The notes below the pieces were generated by a model. It saw nothing but the letters and a program-made list of their open reading frames with translations, made no database searches and had not been told where the DNA came from. DNA of 64,000 nucleotides, from positions 202,926,001 through 202,990,000 of the forward strand of contig NC_042997.1 of NCBI RefSeq assembly GCF_006345805.1. The letters are read 5' to 3'. Both the position numbers and the translations under genes were made by a program. This stretch comes from Octopus sinensis. Taxonomy: Eukaryota. This document shows positions 51,210 to 62,810 of the stretch, piece after piece (the first letter of the stretch is position 1; each line of letters starts with the position of its first letter).

Positions 51210-52019
51210 GATATATGTGTGTTTAAGTATGAGCATATATATACAAATGCACACTTGTGAGAGGGAAAATATTCAAATCATTAAACTTTATGTATTTTTT
51301 ATAAGTTGATGCTTCTCTTGATTAACAAAGAGTAGCTTTGGCTTATCTTATGCATGTATGTGTGTGTATGTGCATGCATGTATCTTAAGCAGCTCTAAGC
51401 AGTTCATAAGCACTTTGCTCTTGTTTTATAGTATTAAGTAGAGAATAGAAATTTCTCTGTAAATATGGTGTCATTTTGAATTAACAATCCCAGTTTTGTC
51501 AATGATGCCATATTGAATCAGTTGTCCTGCTCAAGGCCACAAAAAATATACTGGTAGTGGGGTTGAACTCTGAGTCTGAAAAGTTGATACTCAGTACTGC
51601 ATGCACTTGGTTATGTCTGCACTGTGTAATTGTTTGTTTGTTTGTGTGTTACACAGAAAGCTAATTAAGTGATAAGGTTTGAAATAACTTAATGCCAGAT
51701 TTCAAGATATGGTCCAAAGTAATCTATTGTGCTTATGTGGGTTAGTTATAATGTGTGTGTGTGTGGGCATCAAGTTGAGTCTGTTCAAATTGATTCAATC
51801 TTATTCATCTGTATATTACAGTGAGTAGGAAGGAAACTATTTATAAATAGTGTAGTACAAATTCCATATCATTGTGCATGATCTCCATCTCCTGGTGAAT
51901 GCCCGTGGTTGAGGATTAATGCAAAAGTTGGAACATTCCATTTATAATCAGATATAAATGGCAGTAAGTTGAGGTTGAACACTCCCAAATGATCTGATTA
52001 CCCATTCCAGGTAATTTAA

Positions 52020-52166
52020 CCCGTTTGTTAGCACATTTTCTTTTTTTGAAATACACTGACTTTATTTTAATTAATTTTGAAAAGTAATGAAAAATTTAGT
52101 AAGATCTCTTTATACCATAGAACCGGGGGTGGTCTCGGGTGCATTGATATCAAAAGGGTAAAAGGG
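52020..52166. mobile_element. TTAA-flanked piggyBac-like MITE (second family)
   Basis: TTAA|CCC at 52016-52022 and GGG|TTAA at 52164-52170; related fragments near 9260 and 57490-57537. Confidence 0.6.
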
Positions 52167-52561
52167 TTAAATAATTTGAAGCTGTGTATTATCTGTATTA
52201 ACTCTCCATTATACATTAAATCATACAAAAATCCTCATACCTATCACTTGTGAGTATGGCTTGGTAGCATGTACTATGCTTATGCTAATTGTTATTGGCA
52301 GTCACCAGCTGCCCATAAACACCCCCTCAGTCCTCTTACACTTGGTTCAGAAGGACATCTTGGATGTGACTGCTAGGAGGAAAGAAAGAAAGAAATCTTA
52401 TCCAGCACATGACTGGTATTCATGTTGCTGTAGTCTCCTCATCTAAAAATGAAATGAAGTGTTTTGATCTAGAATGCAATGCACCACCCAGTCTAGAAAT
52501 TGAACCCATAACCCTCTGCTTATGAGCCAACACTCTCACCACTCCATATATTTTATACATA

Positions 52562-53112
52562 CATCATCATTGTCATTTAACATCTGTTGTCCATGCTGGC
52601 ATGGGTTGGATAGTTTGACGAGGGCTGGTAAACTGAGGAGCTGCACCTAACTCCAGTCTGATTTTGGCATGGTTTCTACAGCTGGATGCTCTTCCTATTG
52701 CCAACCACTCTGAGAGTGCAATAGGTGCTTTTACATGCCAGTTACATGACACCAGTATCTTCCACAACTACAATTTCACTTGGCTTGATGAGTCTTCTCA
52801 AGCATGGCATATTGCCAATGGTCTCAGTCATTTGTCATTGCCTCCTTGAGGCCCAATGCTCAAAAGATGCTTTTTATGTGCTACCAGCATGGATGCTAGT
52901 TATGCAATACCGGCATTGGCCACATTGCCTCCAAGAGGCCCAATGCTTGAAAGGTGCTTTTTATGTGCCACCAGCAAAGTTGCCACTTACATCACACCAG
53001 CATCAGCCACGACTACGATTTCACTTGGCTTGATGGGTCTTATCACGATCATCATCTAGCGTCTGTTTCCCATGCTGTCATAGGCTAGATGATTTGACAG
53101 AGCCAGTAAGGC
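52562..53112 (-). mobile_element. RTE 3' end with reiterated ORF-end/UTR modules, plus start of a second tail
   Basis: Two copies each of gaggcccaatgct(c/t)(a/g)aaag(a/g)tgcttttatgtgc and atttcacttggcttgatg(a/g)gtctt. Confidence 0.85.
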
Positions 53113-53132
53113 TATACTTTTGTGGAGTGCAA

Positions 53133-53266
53133 ATTTATTGTTCTTAAACAAGAATATTATTGACAGTGGCTTTGAAGTCTCAGTCAGTTTAGCCATTGTC
53201 TGATGGCTTAACTGACTGAAACTACAATATCACTGTCAATAATATTCTTGTTTAAGAACAATAAAT
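53133..53266. repeat. 134-bp palindrome / fold-back
   Basis: 36-bp perfect outer arms (53133-53168 and 53231-53266), 28-bp imperfect inner arms, 6-nt loop tgtctg. Confidence 0.95.
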
Positions 53267-54015
53267 ACACACACACACACGCATGCACACACACTTTATA
53301 CAAACAAATGGGATAGGAGTAAATTATAAATGCATATTTACTATATGCAGACAAACATATATATATACTTAGAATTTATTCATATTCTATTCATTAAGTC
53401 AAGATGGCATATGTTGGTATGTTAAACATTGTGGAAATAAACTGTGCTTACTAAATTGCTGGGTAAAAATTCTACGTGACAGCTAAAAATGGTATCAAGG
53501 CAACTGTCAGAGGAAATTGCAGTGCAAATGGTAGCACACATAACCAAGCAGGGAAGAGATGAATGTGGTGTGTTGGTTTTTTATTTTATTTTATTTTTTT
53601 TTATCTCAGCTGTTAGTTACAAGTATATGTTTTATATAAAAATTCTTGGCTATGTGTCTTGTGTGTGTTTTGTTTTGTATAACTATGTTTATATAAGGAA
53701 ACTTTGATTTAACATAAAATTATGTAAGTCAGTCAAAGGCAAAAAAAAAGAAAAATAGCGAATAGGCCTAAGGGAAAGACAAAAAGGGGAAATAACCATG
53801 ATGACCATGATGATTATTATTTAATTACCTAATTGAATACTAACTTTGATATATTCTGATAATTTTGATCCTTAAAATCAGATTCTAATGCAATAAAATA
53901 TGACGTATATATTGTCTCAGGAATGGATTTGGCAAATATATTCCAGATAACTGGTCTTTCTAATTCCAATTTCTGTTATTAGGACATCGGTGTCTGTCTA
54001 TCTATCATACTTTAG

Positions 54016-54166
54016 CCTCTCAACCACATGGTTCTAGGTTCATGGGCAAGTGTCTTCTACTATAGCCTTGAGCTGTCCAAAAGCCTTGTAAATGGATTTG
54101 GTAGATGGAAACTGAAAGAAGCCCTTCATATATATATATATATATATATATATAATGATGATGATG

Positions 54167-54199
<33 letters not shown>

Positions 54200-54348
54200 A
54201 ATGTGTGTTTCTTTGTATTTGTCCCCTCTCATTGCTTGGCAACCAGTGTTGGTGTGTTTACATCCCCATAACTTAGCGATTCAGCACATAGAGACCAATA
54301 GAATAAGTACCAGGTTTGAAAAATAAATAAGTACTGGAGTTGATTCAA
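54016..54348 (+). mobile_element. SINE family C, tail C1, 5'-truncated
   Basis: caaccacatggttctagg...gggcaagtgtcttctactatagcc...; (TA)n/(GAT)n core; gagaccaatagaataagtacc. Confidence 0.85.
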
Positions 54349-54415
54349 GTATAAGATAAAAGAACCATGTTACTAAATTTGTTTGAGGAGTAGGACTGAA
54401 GAGGATATTTGATAA

Positions 54416-54623
54416 TTACTCTCTTTTACTTGTTTCAGTCATTTGACTGTGGCCATGCTGGAGCACCGCCTTTAGTCGAATAAATTGACCCCAGGACTTA
54501 TTCTTTGTAAGCCTAGTACTTATTCTATTGGTCTCTTTTGCTGAGCCGCTAAGTTACGGGGATGTAAACACACCAGCATCAGTTGTCAAGCAATGTTGGG
54601 AGGGGGCAAACACAGACACACAA

Positions 54624-54717
<94 letters not shown>

Positions 54718-54880
54718 GACGGGCTTCTTTCAGTTTCTGTCTATCAAATCCACTCACAAGGCTTTGGTTAGCCCAAGGATATAGTAGAAGACACTTGCCC
54801 AAGGTGCCATGTAGTGGGACTGAACCCGGAACCATGTGGTTGGTAAGCAAGCTACTTACCACACTGCCATTCCTGTACCT
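54416..54880 (-). mobile_element. SINE family C, tail C1, with long internal (CA)n(TA)n
   Basis: Full-length copy; microsatellite core ~54625-54716. Confidence 0.92.
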
Positions 54881-55349
54881 ATTGTTTCTAATTTATATCC
54901 AAAGCAAGGCAATTTGAAGAGGAGGGGTTTGTTGCTACCATCAACTTCAGTATTTGACTGGTACTTTATTTTATGACCCTCCCAAAAGATGAATGGTAAA
55001 GTTGGCTTTGGTGGGATTTGATACACAAAACATACAGAGCTGAAAGAAATATCTCAAAGCATATTATTTGATGCTCTAACAATCCTTCCCTAAAGGATAC
55101 CCAATAGTTATAACAATAAGAAGAACAAGAATAGAAAATATCCTATTGTTTTAAGAAACATATATTCCAGTGCAAGAATCGTACTATTGATCGATAGCTT
55201 TTCTTCAGTACAGCCTATTAGTTTTCTTTGATGTTTCCTGTGGTTGGCTTTCACCAATAGGTTTCTTCTACTGTTCAGATTCCAAACACTTTATGTGGTT
55301 ACTATCACTAATTTCTTCAGAAGAAATTAATAGGTTGGTTTTTGAAAAA

Positions 55350-55383
<34 letters not shown>

Positions 55384-55384
55384 T

Positions 55385-55674
55385 ATCATCGTGACCGACC
55401 AGGCTATCAGATGTTGCTACACATCGCTTTTTCACAATGCGCTTTGCATTGTTTTAGCCTTCAAATGACGCCACCCCACTGGCTAAGCGAGCAGGCCAAC
55501 AGAAGAAAGAGTGAGAGAAAGTTGTGGCGAAAGAGTACAGCACGGATCGCCACCACCTCCTGCCGGAGCCTCGTGGAGCTGTAGGTGTTTTTGCTCAATA
55601 AACACTCACAACGCCCGGTCTGGGAATTGAAACCCTGAGTCCGCTGCCCTAACCACTGGGCCATTGCGCCTACA
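55385..55674 (-). mobile_element. Young CpG-rich tRNA-headed SINE, family D
   Basis: Minus strand: ggcgcaaTGGCCCAGTGGttagggcagcggactcagGGTTTCAATTCCcagaccggg (A and B boxes); distinct tail ending tggtcggtcacgatgata. Confidence 0.8.
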
Positions 55675-55678
55675 TGCG

Positions 55679-55736
<58 letters not shown>

Positions 55737-56529
55737 CATACATATACTTCTTTCTATTCATGATGTCATTTAACTGTGCTTATCATTGTACCCCATCTTT
55801 CCTCTGCAGAATGTTGTGTCTGTGAATTTCTTTCCTTGCACGTTTTTTCCTGCAACTATTGACTCGCAACATTTCAAGTGAAACCGTAACTATATAGTCT
55901 TACTGAAGGGGTGGGAGGAAAGTATGGAACCAAACACTGGCTTTTTTTAAAAAGCTCTTTGGGATTTAAAAGACATTTGCATTTTTTTTATATCTGGAAT
56001 CTATCATTTTATTTAAATAATGCAACTATAAATAAGTTTTAAAACTTTCTAATTTCTGTACTTATTTAAATATAACCAACTTAGGGCTATAATCTTTTAT
56101 CTATGTGTTTTAATGGTCTTTTGCTAGAATTATATGTAGACTTCAAATAAATTTTAGTGAACTATAAAAGAATAGTTACTGTTTATTGGTCTCGTACAAG
56201 AATCATGTTATTTTTCTGTTTTTTTTTTAATTTCCTTTCTATAGCTATTTTTGACTGTCACATTTTTTCCCAAGGATATGTTGGAATATCAAGATTCAAC
56301 TTTGCTTCTTCAACATTGAGGCTATGGGCTTGTTACTTATTTCTTAAGGCAGTTCAAATAAGCACACATCACATACACATCCACATGTACACACACACAC
56401 ATGCATACACACTCACACCTTGTCTCAAACTTTTATCCTCAGCATTGCAACTGTCTGGAACAATCTAAAATTTCAAGCTGAATGTGAAATACATCAATCT
56501 AGCTAATCTAGGAGGGCCTGTAAAGGCTA

Positions 56530-56935
56530 TACTCTTACTCTTTTACTTGTTTCAGTCATTTGACTGCGGCCATGCTGGAGCACCGCCTTTAGTCGGGCAA
56601 ATCGACCCCGGGACTTATTCTTTGTAAGCCTAGTACTTATTCTATCGGTCTCTCTTTTGCCGAACCGCTAAGTGACGGGGACATAGACACACCAGCATCG
56701 GTTGTCAAGCAATGCTAGGGAGACAAACACAGACACACACACATAATACATATATATATATACATATATACAACAGGCTTCTTTCAGTTTCCGTCTACCA
56801 AATCCACTCACAAGGCATTGGTTGGCCCGAGGCTATAGCAGAAGACACTTGCCCAAGATGCCACACAGTGGGACTGAACCCGGAACCATGAGGTTGGTTA
56901 GCAAGCTACTTACCACACAGCCACTCCTGCGCCTG
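56530..56935 (-). mobile_element. Young SINE family C, tail C1
   Basis: Retains most CpGs (gactgcggcc, aatcgaccccggg, gccgaaccgc). Confidence 0.92.
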
Positions 56936-57239
56936 TGCATTCTTCGTCTATCTCTTCTTCCCATAAAAGAAAATATCAACATAAATAATATTTATTACAT
57001 GTTTACATACATTTTCATATAAGACTCTGTGCATTGAAAATCTCAGGATACAAATCTTTAGTTAGAAATATTTGATGGTTAAGATTGTTAGGTGTTTGTT
57101 ATCATATTTCTGTTGAAATACTCAGCACCCCAGCTTTTGTGGGGGTGGGAATAATGAAGAATTTAGTAAAATAACTTTGTCATTATGTAGCTGATGTTTG
57201 GAAGATAAATTAACATGGGATTTTGATGGACATTTTCAA

Positions 57240-57459
57240 CCCTTTAGCATTTAAACTAGGCATATGTGACCCAAGTATTCTACCCGTTTCATACTGGTCA
57301 GATCCAGTCTCTCACACCTACCTACCTACAATATATCATTCTGAAAATAAACAATCACATCATCAAAATCTCAAAACTATAAGATAATGCATGATTAATT
57401 CAAAATTTATGTGAATAAACAAGCATTACATTTGACTGAGTAGTCTGCATGCTAGAGAG
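57240..57459 (+). mobile_element. piggyBac-like MITE (same family as 32298-32514)
   Basis: tcaa|ccctttagcattt ... atgctagagag|ttaa. Confidence 0.7.
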
Positions 57460-57639
57460 TTAATTTAACTTAAGAGCAAAATGTTTGATTCATAAAATTA
57501 GGGACAGTCTTGAGCAGGCTGATAGCAAAAGGGTTAATTATAAACTTCTTAGCTTAGAGGTTGGTGATAATCATAAGTTCAAACTTTTGTAGCAGCATGG
57601 AAGAATGCATGTGATAAATATAACAGTAATTTTTTCAAG

Positions 57640-57850
57640 GGGCAAGCTGGCAGAAATGTTAGCATGCCAGACGAAATGCGTAGTGGTTTTTCGTCTGTCC
57701 TTACGCTATGAGTTCAAATTCTGCTGAGGTTGACTTTGCCTTTCATCCTTTCGGAGTCAATAAATTAAGTACCAGTTGCAATATTGGGGTCAATGTAATC
57801 AACCCCCCCCCACAATAAAAACTTTCGGGCCTTGTACCTGGAGTAGAATA
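57640..57850 (+). mobile_element. SINE family B
   Basis: gcaagctggcagaaatgttagcatgcc...gagttcaaattctgctgagg...gggccttgtacctggagtagaa. Confidence 0.85.
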
Positions 57851-58182
57851 AAAAAGAAAAACAAAGAAAAAAATAACTGTAATTTTAAAAAAAATTATTG
57901 TTTTAAAAAACTTTTAAATTTTGTTTTTTTGGTTGTTTATATATGAAGATTAGGTCATTTTGCTATTTTGAGTTTTTAGCAATGAGCATTGTCCTGTATT
58001 TCACATTGATTATAGTTATATAATGATATGTATTTGGAATATCTGTAACGGTCTTTACATTTTGAATTTGTTCTACTTCCTACTTTAAAGCATTTTGGTA
58101 TTGACCTATTTCATACACCATGTGTATATTTCTGCTAGAATATATTTAGGTTATTCAAGTCATGGAAACTCTTAGCTGAATA

Positions 58183-58227
<45 letters not shown>

Positions 58228-58332
58228 TGATGGTTTCAGTTTTTTTTTGTTTTTTTTTCTGTAAAATCTGAAAGGAAATATTCTATTGATTAACGTTACA
58301 TATGAGCGTCTGTCTCCTATTAATATAAATAT

Positions 58333-58643
58333 TATGAAATAGACACTCATTCTACCAAGGTCAGCTTTACCTTTCATCCTTTCAGGGTCAATAAAGTAAG
58401 TACCAGTTGAGTACTGGAATTGATGTAACCAACTTAACTGCTCCCTGAAGTTGCTGGCCTTGTGCTAAAATATAAACTAATATTTCTTTCTCATATTAGT
58501 TTAAATTTTGGCACAAGGCCACCAACTTCAGGGAGCAGGTAAGTTGATTACATCAATTCCAGTACTCAACTGGTACTTACTTTATTGACCCTGAAAGGAT
58601 GAATGGTAAAGCTGACCTCGGTAGAATGAGTGTCTATTTCATA
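58333..58643. repeat. 311-bp fold-back made of two tail-to-tail SINE B 3' halves
   Basis: Arms 58333-58483 and 58493-58643 (151 bp each), about 7 mismatches by eye, 9-nt loop ttctttctc. Confidence 0.95.
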
Positions 58644-58885
58644 TTGATAATTATGTGAAGCTGTGTAGATTTTAAAAATTTGCAAGCATTCTTTCTGTAT
58701 AATGAAATTTGCATGATAATAATCATGCGTACCTGTTGTAGGTAAACTTTAATTTCAAATTCCAATAATTTTTTTGTTAGTAAAAATGTGGAAATATGAA
58801 AATAATGTTTCTTGTCTTTTATACTTTGACAATTCATTCAAGTTAGGAATACACACACATGCACACACGCGCGCACACTCACACA

Positions 58886-59650
58886 CACGGTGTTTGGGCT
58901 GAAAAGAAAACAATATCCAATCCAAAAATAAAAGTATTTTAGAAAATCAAAAAATAGCAACTGGCTTATGGCTGGGAGTTGACAGTTTTACTCACAGTAG
59001 CCGCACCCAGCTTCCACCACGAGCTCAAGAAATCTCTGGAATCTGGCACACATGTCTCTACTGTGTCCCTGGGAAGATCTTTTAACATGTGCTTGATCTT
59101 CGTCATCAGCTCAGTCTTGGTATTACAGGCAGAGCAGTTAGTGTCTTTTTTTACTGTACTCCACATGTAGTAATCCATGGGATCACAACTGGGGTGAATT
59201 AGGAGGCCAGAAATTGGGGCTGGTGAATTTGTAGAAATTCTTTGATAACCACTTCTGGCTCTTTCCGGAAGTTTGGTGAAGAGCCGAATCCTGCTGCTAC
59301 ACATATAGCCTTCCAGCAACAACCCTTTCCAGCTGGGGATTGACCACAGTCTCTAGCAGCTTCAGATATTTGTCTGAATTGAGCCAAAGGCCCTGTCCAA
59401 CGATGTGGGGTGTGGACATAGAACACTTGCTGCACCACTTCCTGCTGGCCATGGCTTTGCAGTTTCCATTGCAGCTGTCCATGTTGCATTTTACAGTCTT
59501 TACAGCAGTCATGGATGTTGGGATTTTGATACCTGGTGCAAATCATCATTTTACCAGTAGCTCTTCTTTAATCTTTATGCTCTCCAATATGATTGACTAT
59601 TCACTAATACAACAAGCTGTTCATGAAAAAGCTTTAACCCAAACACCCTG
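58886..59650 (-). mobile_element. Internally deleted Tc1/mariner element, DD37D (maT) family
   Basis: TIRs CAGGGTGTTTGGGTTAAA / CACGGTGTTTGGGCTGAAA; peptide QQDSA..T...Q.WL..NF..F.....WPPNSP.C.PMDY with 37 residues between the Asp residues (one frameshift). The N-terminal region joins directly to HIVGQGLWLNSD, so the first Asp is deleted. Confidence 0.85.
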
Positions 59651-60346
59651 TATGTATGTATGTATGGATGTATGGATGGATGGATGGATGGAAAGGTAAA
59701 AGTTTTTATTTTTCATTCACCTCGAAATTGCTCTTAAATGTGGTTTTGGTCGTTTTGACTGCTACTTCTAGCATGTAAGGCTGCCTGTTATGGGTCACCT
59801 CTTTTGTGTTTAAACGTACTCACACACACACACAAACACGCATATATATAATTATGCTTATTATTTTAAAGCAAATAAATCAACAGACTGGGAAGACTTG
59901 CGTGCTAGCTTATTAACCAGGGCTGTTTAAATTAACCATCATTTAACGTCTGCTTTAGACAGCTTGACTGGAACTGGTAAACCAGGGAGCTACATCAGGT
60001 TCCAGTCTGAATTTGGCTTGGGTATATATTTTTTTTTTCTTTTTTTTCTCTAGTTTAAGCTCAGAGCTGCAGCCATGCTGATGCACCGCCGTTTATATAT
60101 ATTATATTTATATATGTATATATATCATCTTTATTTAACACCTGCCTTCCATGTATATGTAAATGAATGATAAAAATAAAATCTGTGGTAATAGCTAATT
60201 TAAAGTATTATTTTCATAATTATATACACCAACAAACTTTTCAGTATGAAGCTTTTAGTTATTTTTATCATTTCTTTTACTTATCTATCTATATTATACA
60301 TATACTTTAATACCATGTCCACACTCAGAATACTACACACATGACT

Positions 60347-60735
60347 TCATCATCATCGTTGTTTAACATTCGCTTTCCATGCTAGCATGGGTTGGACGAT
60401 TTGACTGAGGGCTGGTGAACCAGATGGCTGCACCAGGCTCCAATCTTGATCTGGCAGAGTTTCTACAGCTGGATGCCCTTCCTAACACCAACCACTCCGA
60501 GAGTGTAGTGGGTGCTTTTACGTGCCACCGGCATGGGGGCCAGTCAGGCGGTAGTGGCAACGACCTCGCTCGAATCTTTTTACACATGCCACCACCACAG
60601 GTGCCAGTAAGGCGACACTGGTAATGATCACACTCAAATGGTGCCTTTTACATGCCACTGGCATGGAAGCCAGTTAGCTACTCTGGCAACAATCATGCTC
60701 GGATGGTGCACTTAGCACCCTACTAGTATGGGGCA
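60347..60735 (-). mobile_element. Young RTE 3' end with UTR tandem repeats
   Basis: tcatcatcatcgttgtttaacattcgctttccatgctagcatgggttggacg...gtgcttttacgtgccaccggc. Confidence 0.88.
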
Positions 60736-62639
60736 CAAATGAAAGCTTAATCATTGTGATTTATTTAGTTTTATATATTGATATTCTTAGCCACTTCTTG
60801 CTAAGCTGCTAATTCTTCAGTGGTGCTATTTAATTGAAATCAATTAGTACAGTGCTGCTATTGTTTTAATTTATTTTTTTAAAATTTCAATGTATCTTTT
60901 ATTCTATGATTTAAAGGTCTACAAATATTGTCCTTTTCAAATTATTTCAGAAGCAAACTTTAAAATATTCCATACTGTAGAAGAAATTGTTGCTCAGCAG
61001 TAAACTTAAATTTAATTTACCATTGTTTTGACTCATTTGCATTTTTATTTTTGGGGAAACTGTGTAGAATGTGAACAGAAGCTAAAGACTTTATTTTTAT
61101 CCCCTATATCATTATCATCATCACCATCATCTTCACATGTCACAAGTTCTATGCTGGAGTTGGTTTGATGGTTTAACAGCTATTGTAGTCCTTGCTTGTT
61201 CAGTTCATTTTTTATTATTCCTTGGTCATGTATGGTATCAAGATATGTAAAGGTTTGTGTTTTGTAGTTTGTTTTTATGTTGATAGAAGAGAGATTGAAG
61301 ATGTATATTGGGAAAAGTATAGTTGGTAATGGATCTTGTGTATTGCTTGCGTTCTTCACAAGTAATACAGAATGTTCTTAAATGTTTTACCAGCCATAGA
61401 ATAAGGTTAATGATCTCTTAAAATTAGTTCTACATTATAGCTTTGATTTTCTCTTCAGTTCCAAATAAGTTTAATCTATACTGGCTTCTAATTCTACATC
61501 ACATGTTCATGGGACAATGTAAGTTACTAGAATTATTGAAGGCAATATAGTGGTTGCATGGATAACATATTGAATTACTTACTCACAGGGCATGGGTTCA
61601 AGATCCACTTCTGATGTTGCATAATGCTTTTGTTCATAGCACATTTGTTTTGGTCTGTTTCACTGGAAAAACTACCTATCACTCCCATTTCATGATGAGA
61701 TGCTTATACATTAGATGTTCTCAGCCAAAATGTTCATATTTGCAGAAACAACCAAAACATGATAGCATGAAAAACAGGATGTAAATGAGGTAATATTTCT
61801 AAGAATCTCCATTTGCTCCACTGCCAAATTTTTCCCTTTCCAAGAATTAGTATCTAGCTTTCCTTTGTACTATACCTTTTCTTCATTTCTTCTATTACAA
61901 CTAATTCCATCCCAGTTCTACAAAGAATAATGTGCTGAACTACATAACTTCTGTTCAACACTATATGAAGCAATACCTAAATGTAATTTTTCCATATTAT
62001 TAGCCATAGCTTTACACATGAAATACTTTTTTTAAGTTTACAGTACACTTTGTTTCAGTCAGCTTGGTTTCTGATTGTTATCATTTGTCCTGTTCCTGGT
62101 TATGTACATAGTACCAGACTAGGTTCCAACTAGAAACTCTTGTTTAGGAACTAATGTTAACAATGCTCTTATCCCCTAATCCATTGACACACTTTTCACC
62201 TTATCCCTTGTGGACAAGAGCATTATTAATATTAGTCTCAAAGGTGCTTTATTCGAATGAAGCCTGTTATTGTACACATTTAGAAATAAAACATTTAGTT
62301 ATAGAGATTAAACCAATTAAAACTAGATTTAAAGGATGCAAAAATATTTTATATGAAGCAATTTGTAGAAAACTTGCTTAAAAAAAAAACAACTTTTAAT
62401 TAATTTATTCAGATAAATTTTTTTCTCATTATTTCTTGTTTTATTCTTCAAAATTTACCATTAGACTTCATATTACAATTAGGAATTTTTATTTTATAGG
62501 CTCAATGAAATAATTTTACTTGAGTTTCTTCACGAAATAATGGGTTCCTATACAGTACTTCTCGTAGTGATTTCTTAGACTTCATAAATATAATCAAGGC
62601 TAAATTTTGCTTTTACTATTATATTTTGAAGGCAGAGAA

Positions 62640-62810
62640 GTACCAAGCAAAGGCTTTGAAGTACTTAGCTATGTCCCTTTATGTGCTGGGGTCAAATCCT
62701 GCCAACAAACTTTGACCTTTATCTTTTTGGTCAAAACCTAGATCAATTCAATTAACATCATCCTTCCTTCCAAATTCAAGGCCTTTGTGCCAGACTTGAA
62801 GCACCATAAT
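62640..62810 (+). mobile_element. Old SINE family B remnant
   Basis: gggtcaaatcctgcc...ctttgacctttatc...caaggcctttgtgccagac. Confidence 0.5.

Noticed and set aside
53483-53567. Purine-rich stretch as the next CDK14 exon (phase 0: LKMVSRQLSEEIAVQMVAHITKQGRDEC)
   Set aside because: No polypyrimidine tract, weak donor (gtgtgt), and no resemblance I can recognise to CDK14 orthologues. RNA-seq would be needed to revive it.
54528-54917. Longer ORF-track entries with YIYIYI/THTHTH runs (also 41365-41676, 38103-38336, 39010-39192)
   Set aside because: They are translations of SINE C copies and their internal microsatellites, not genes.
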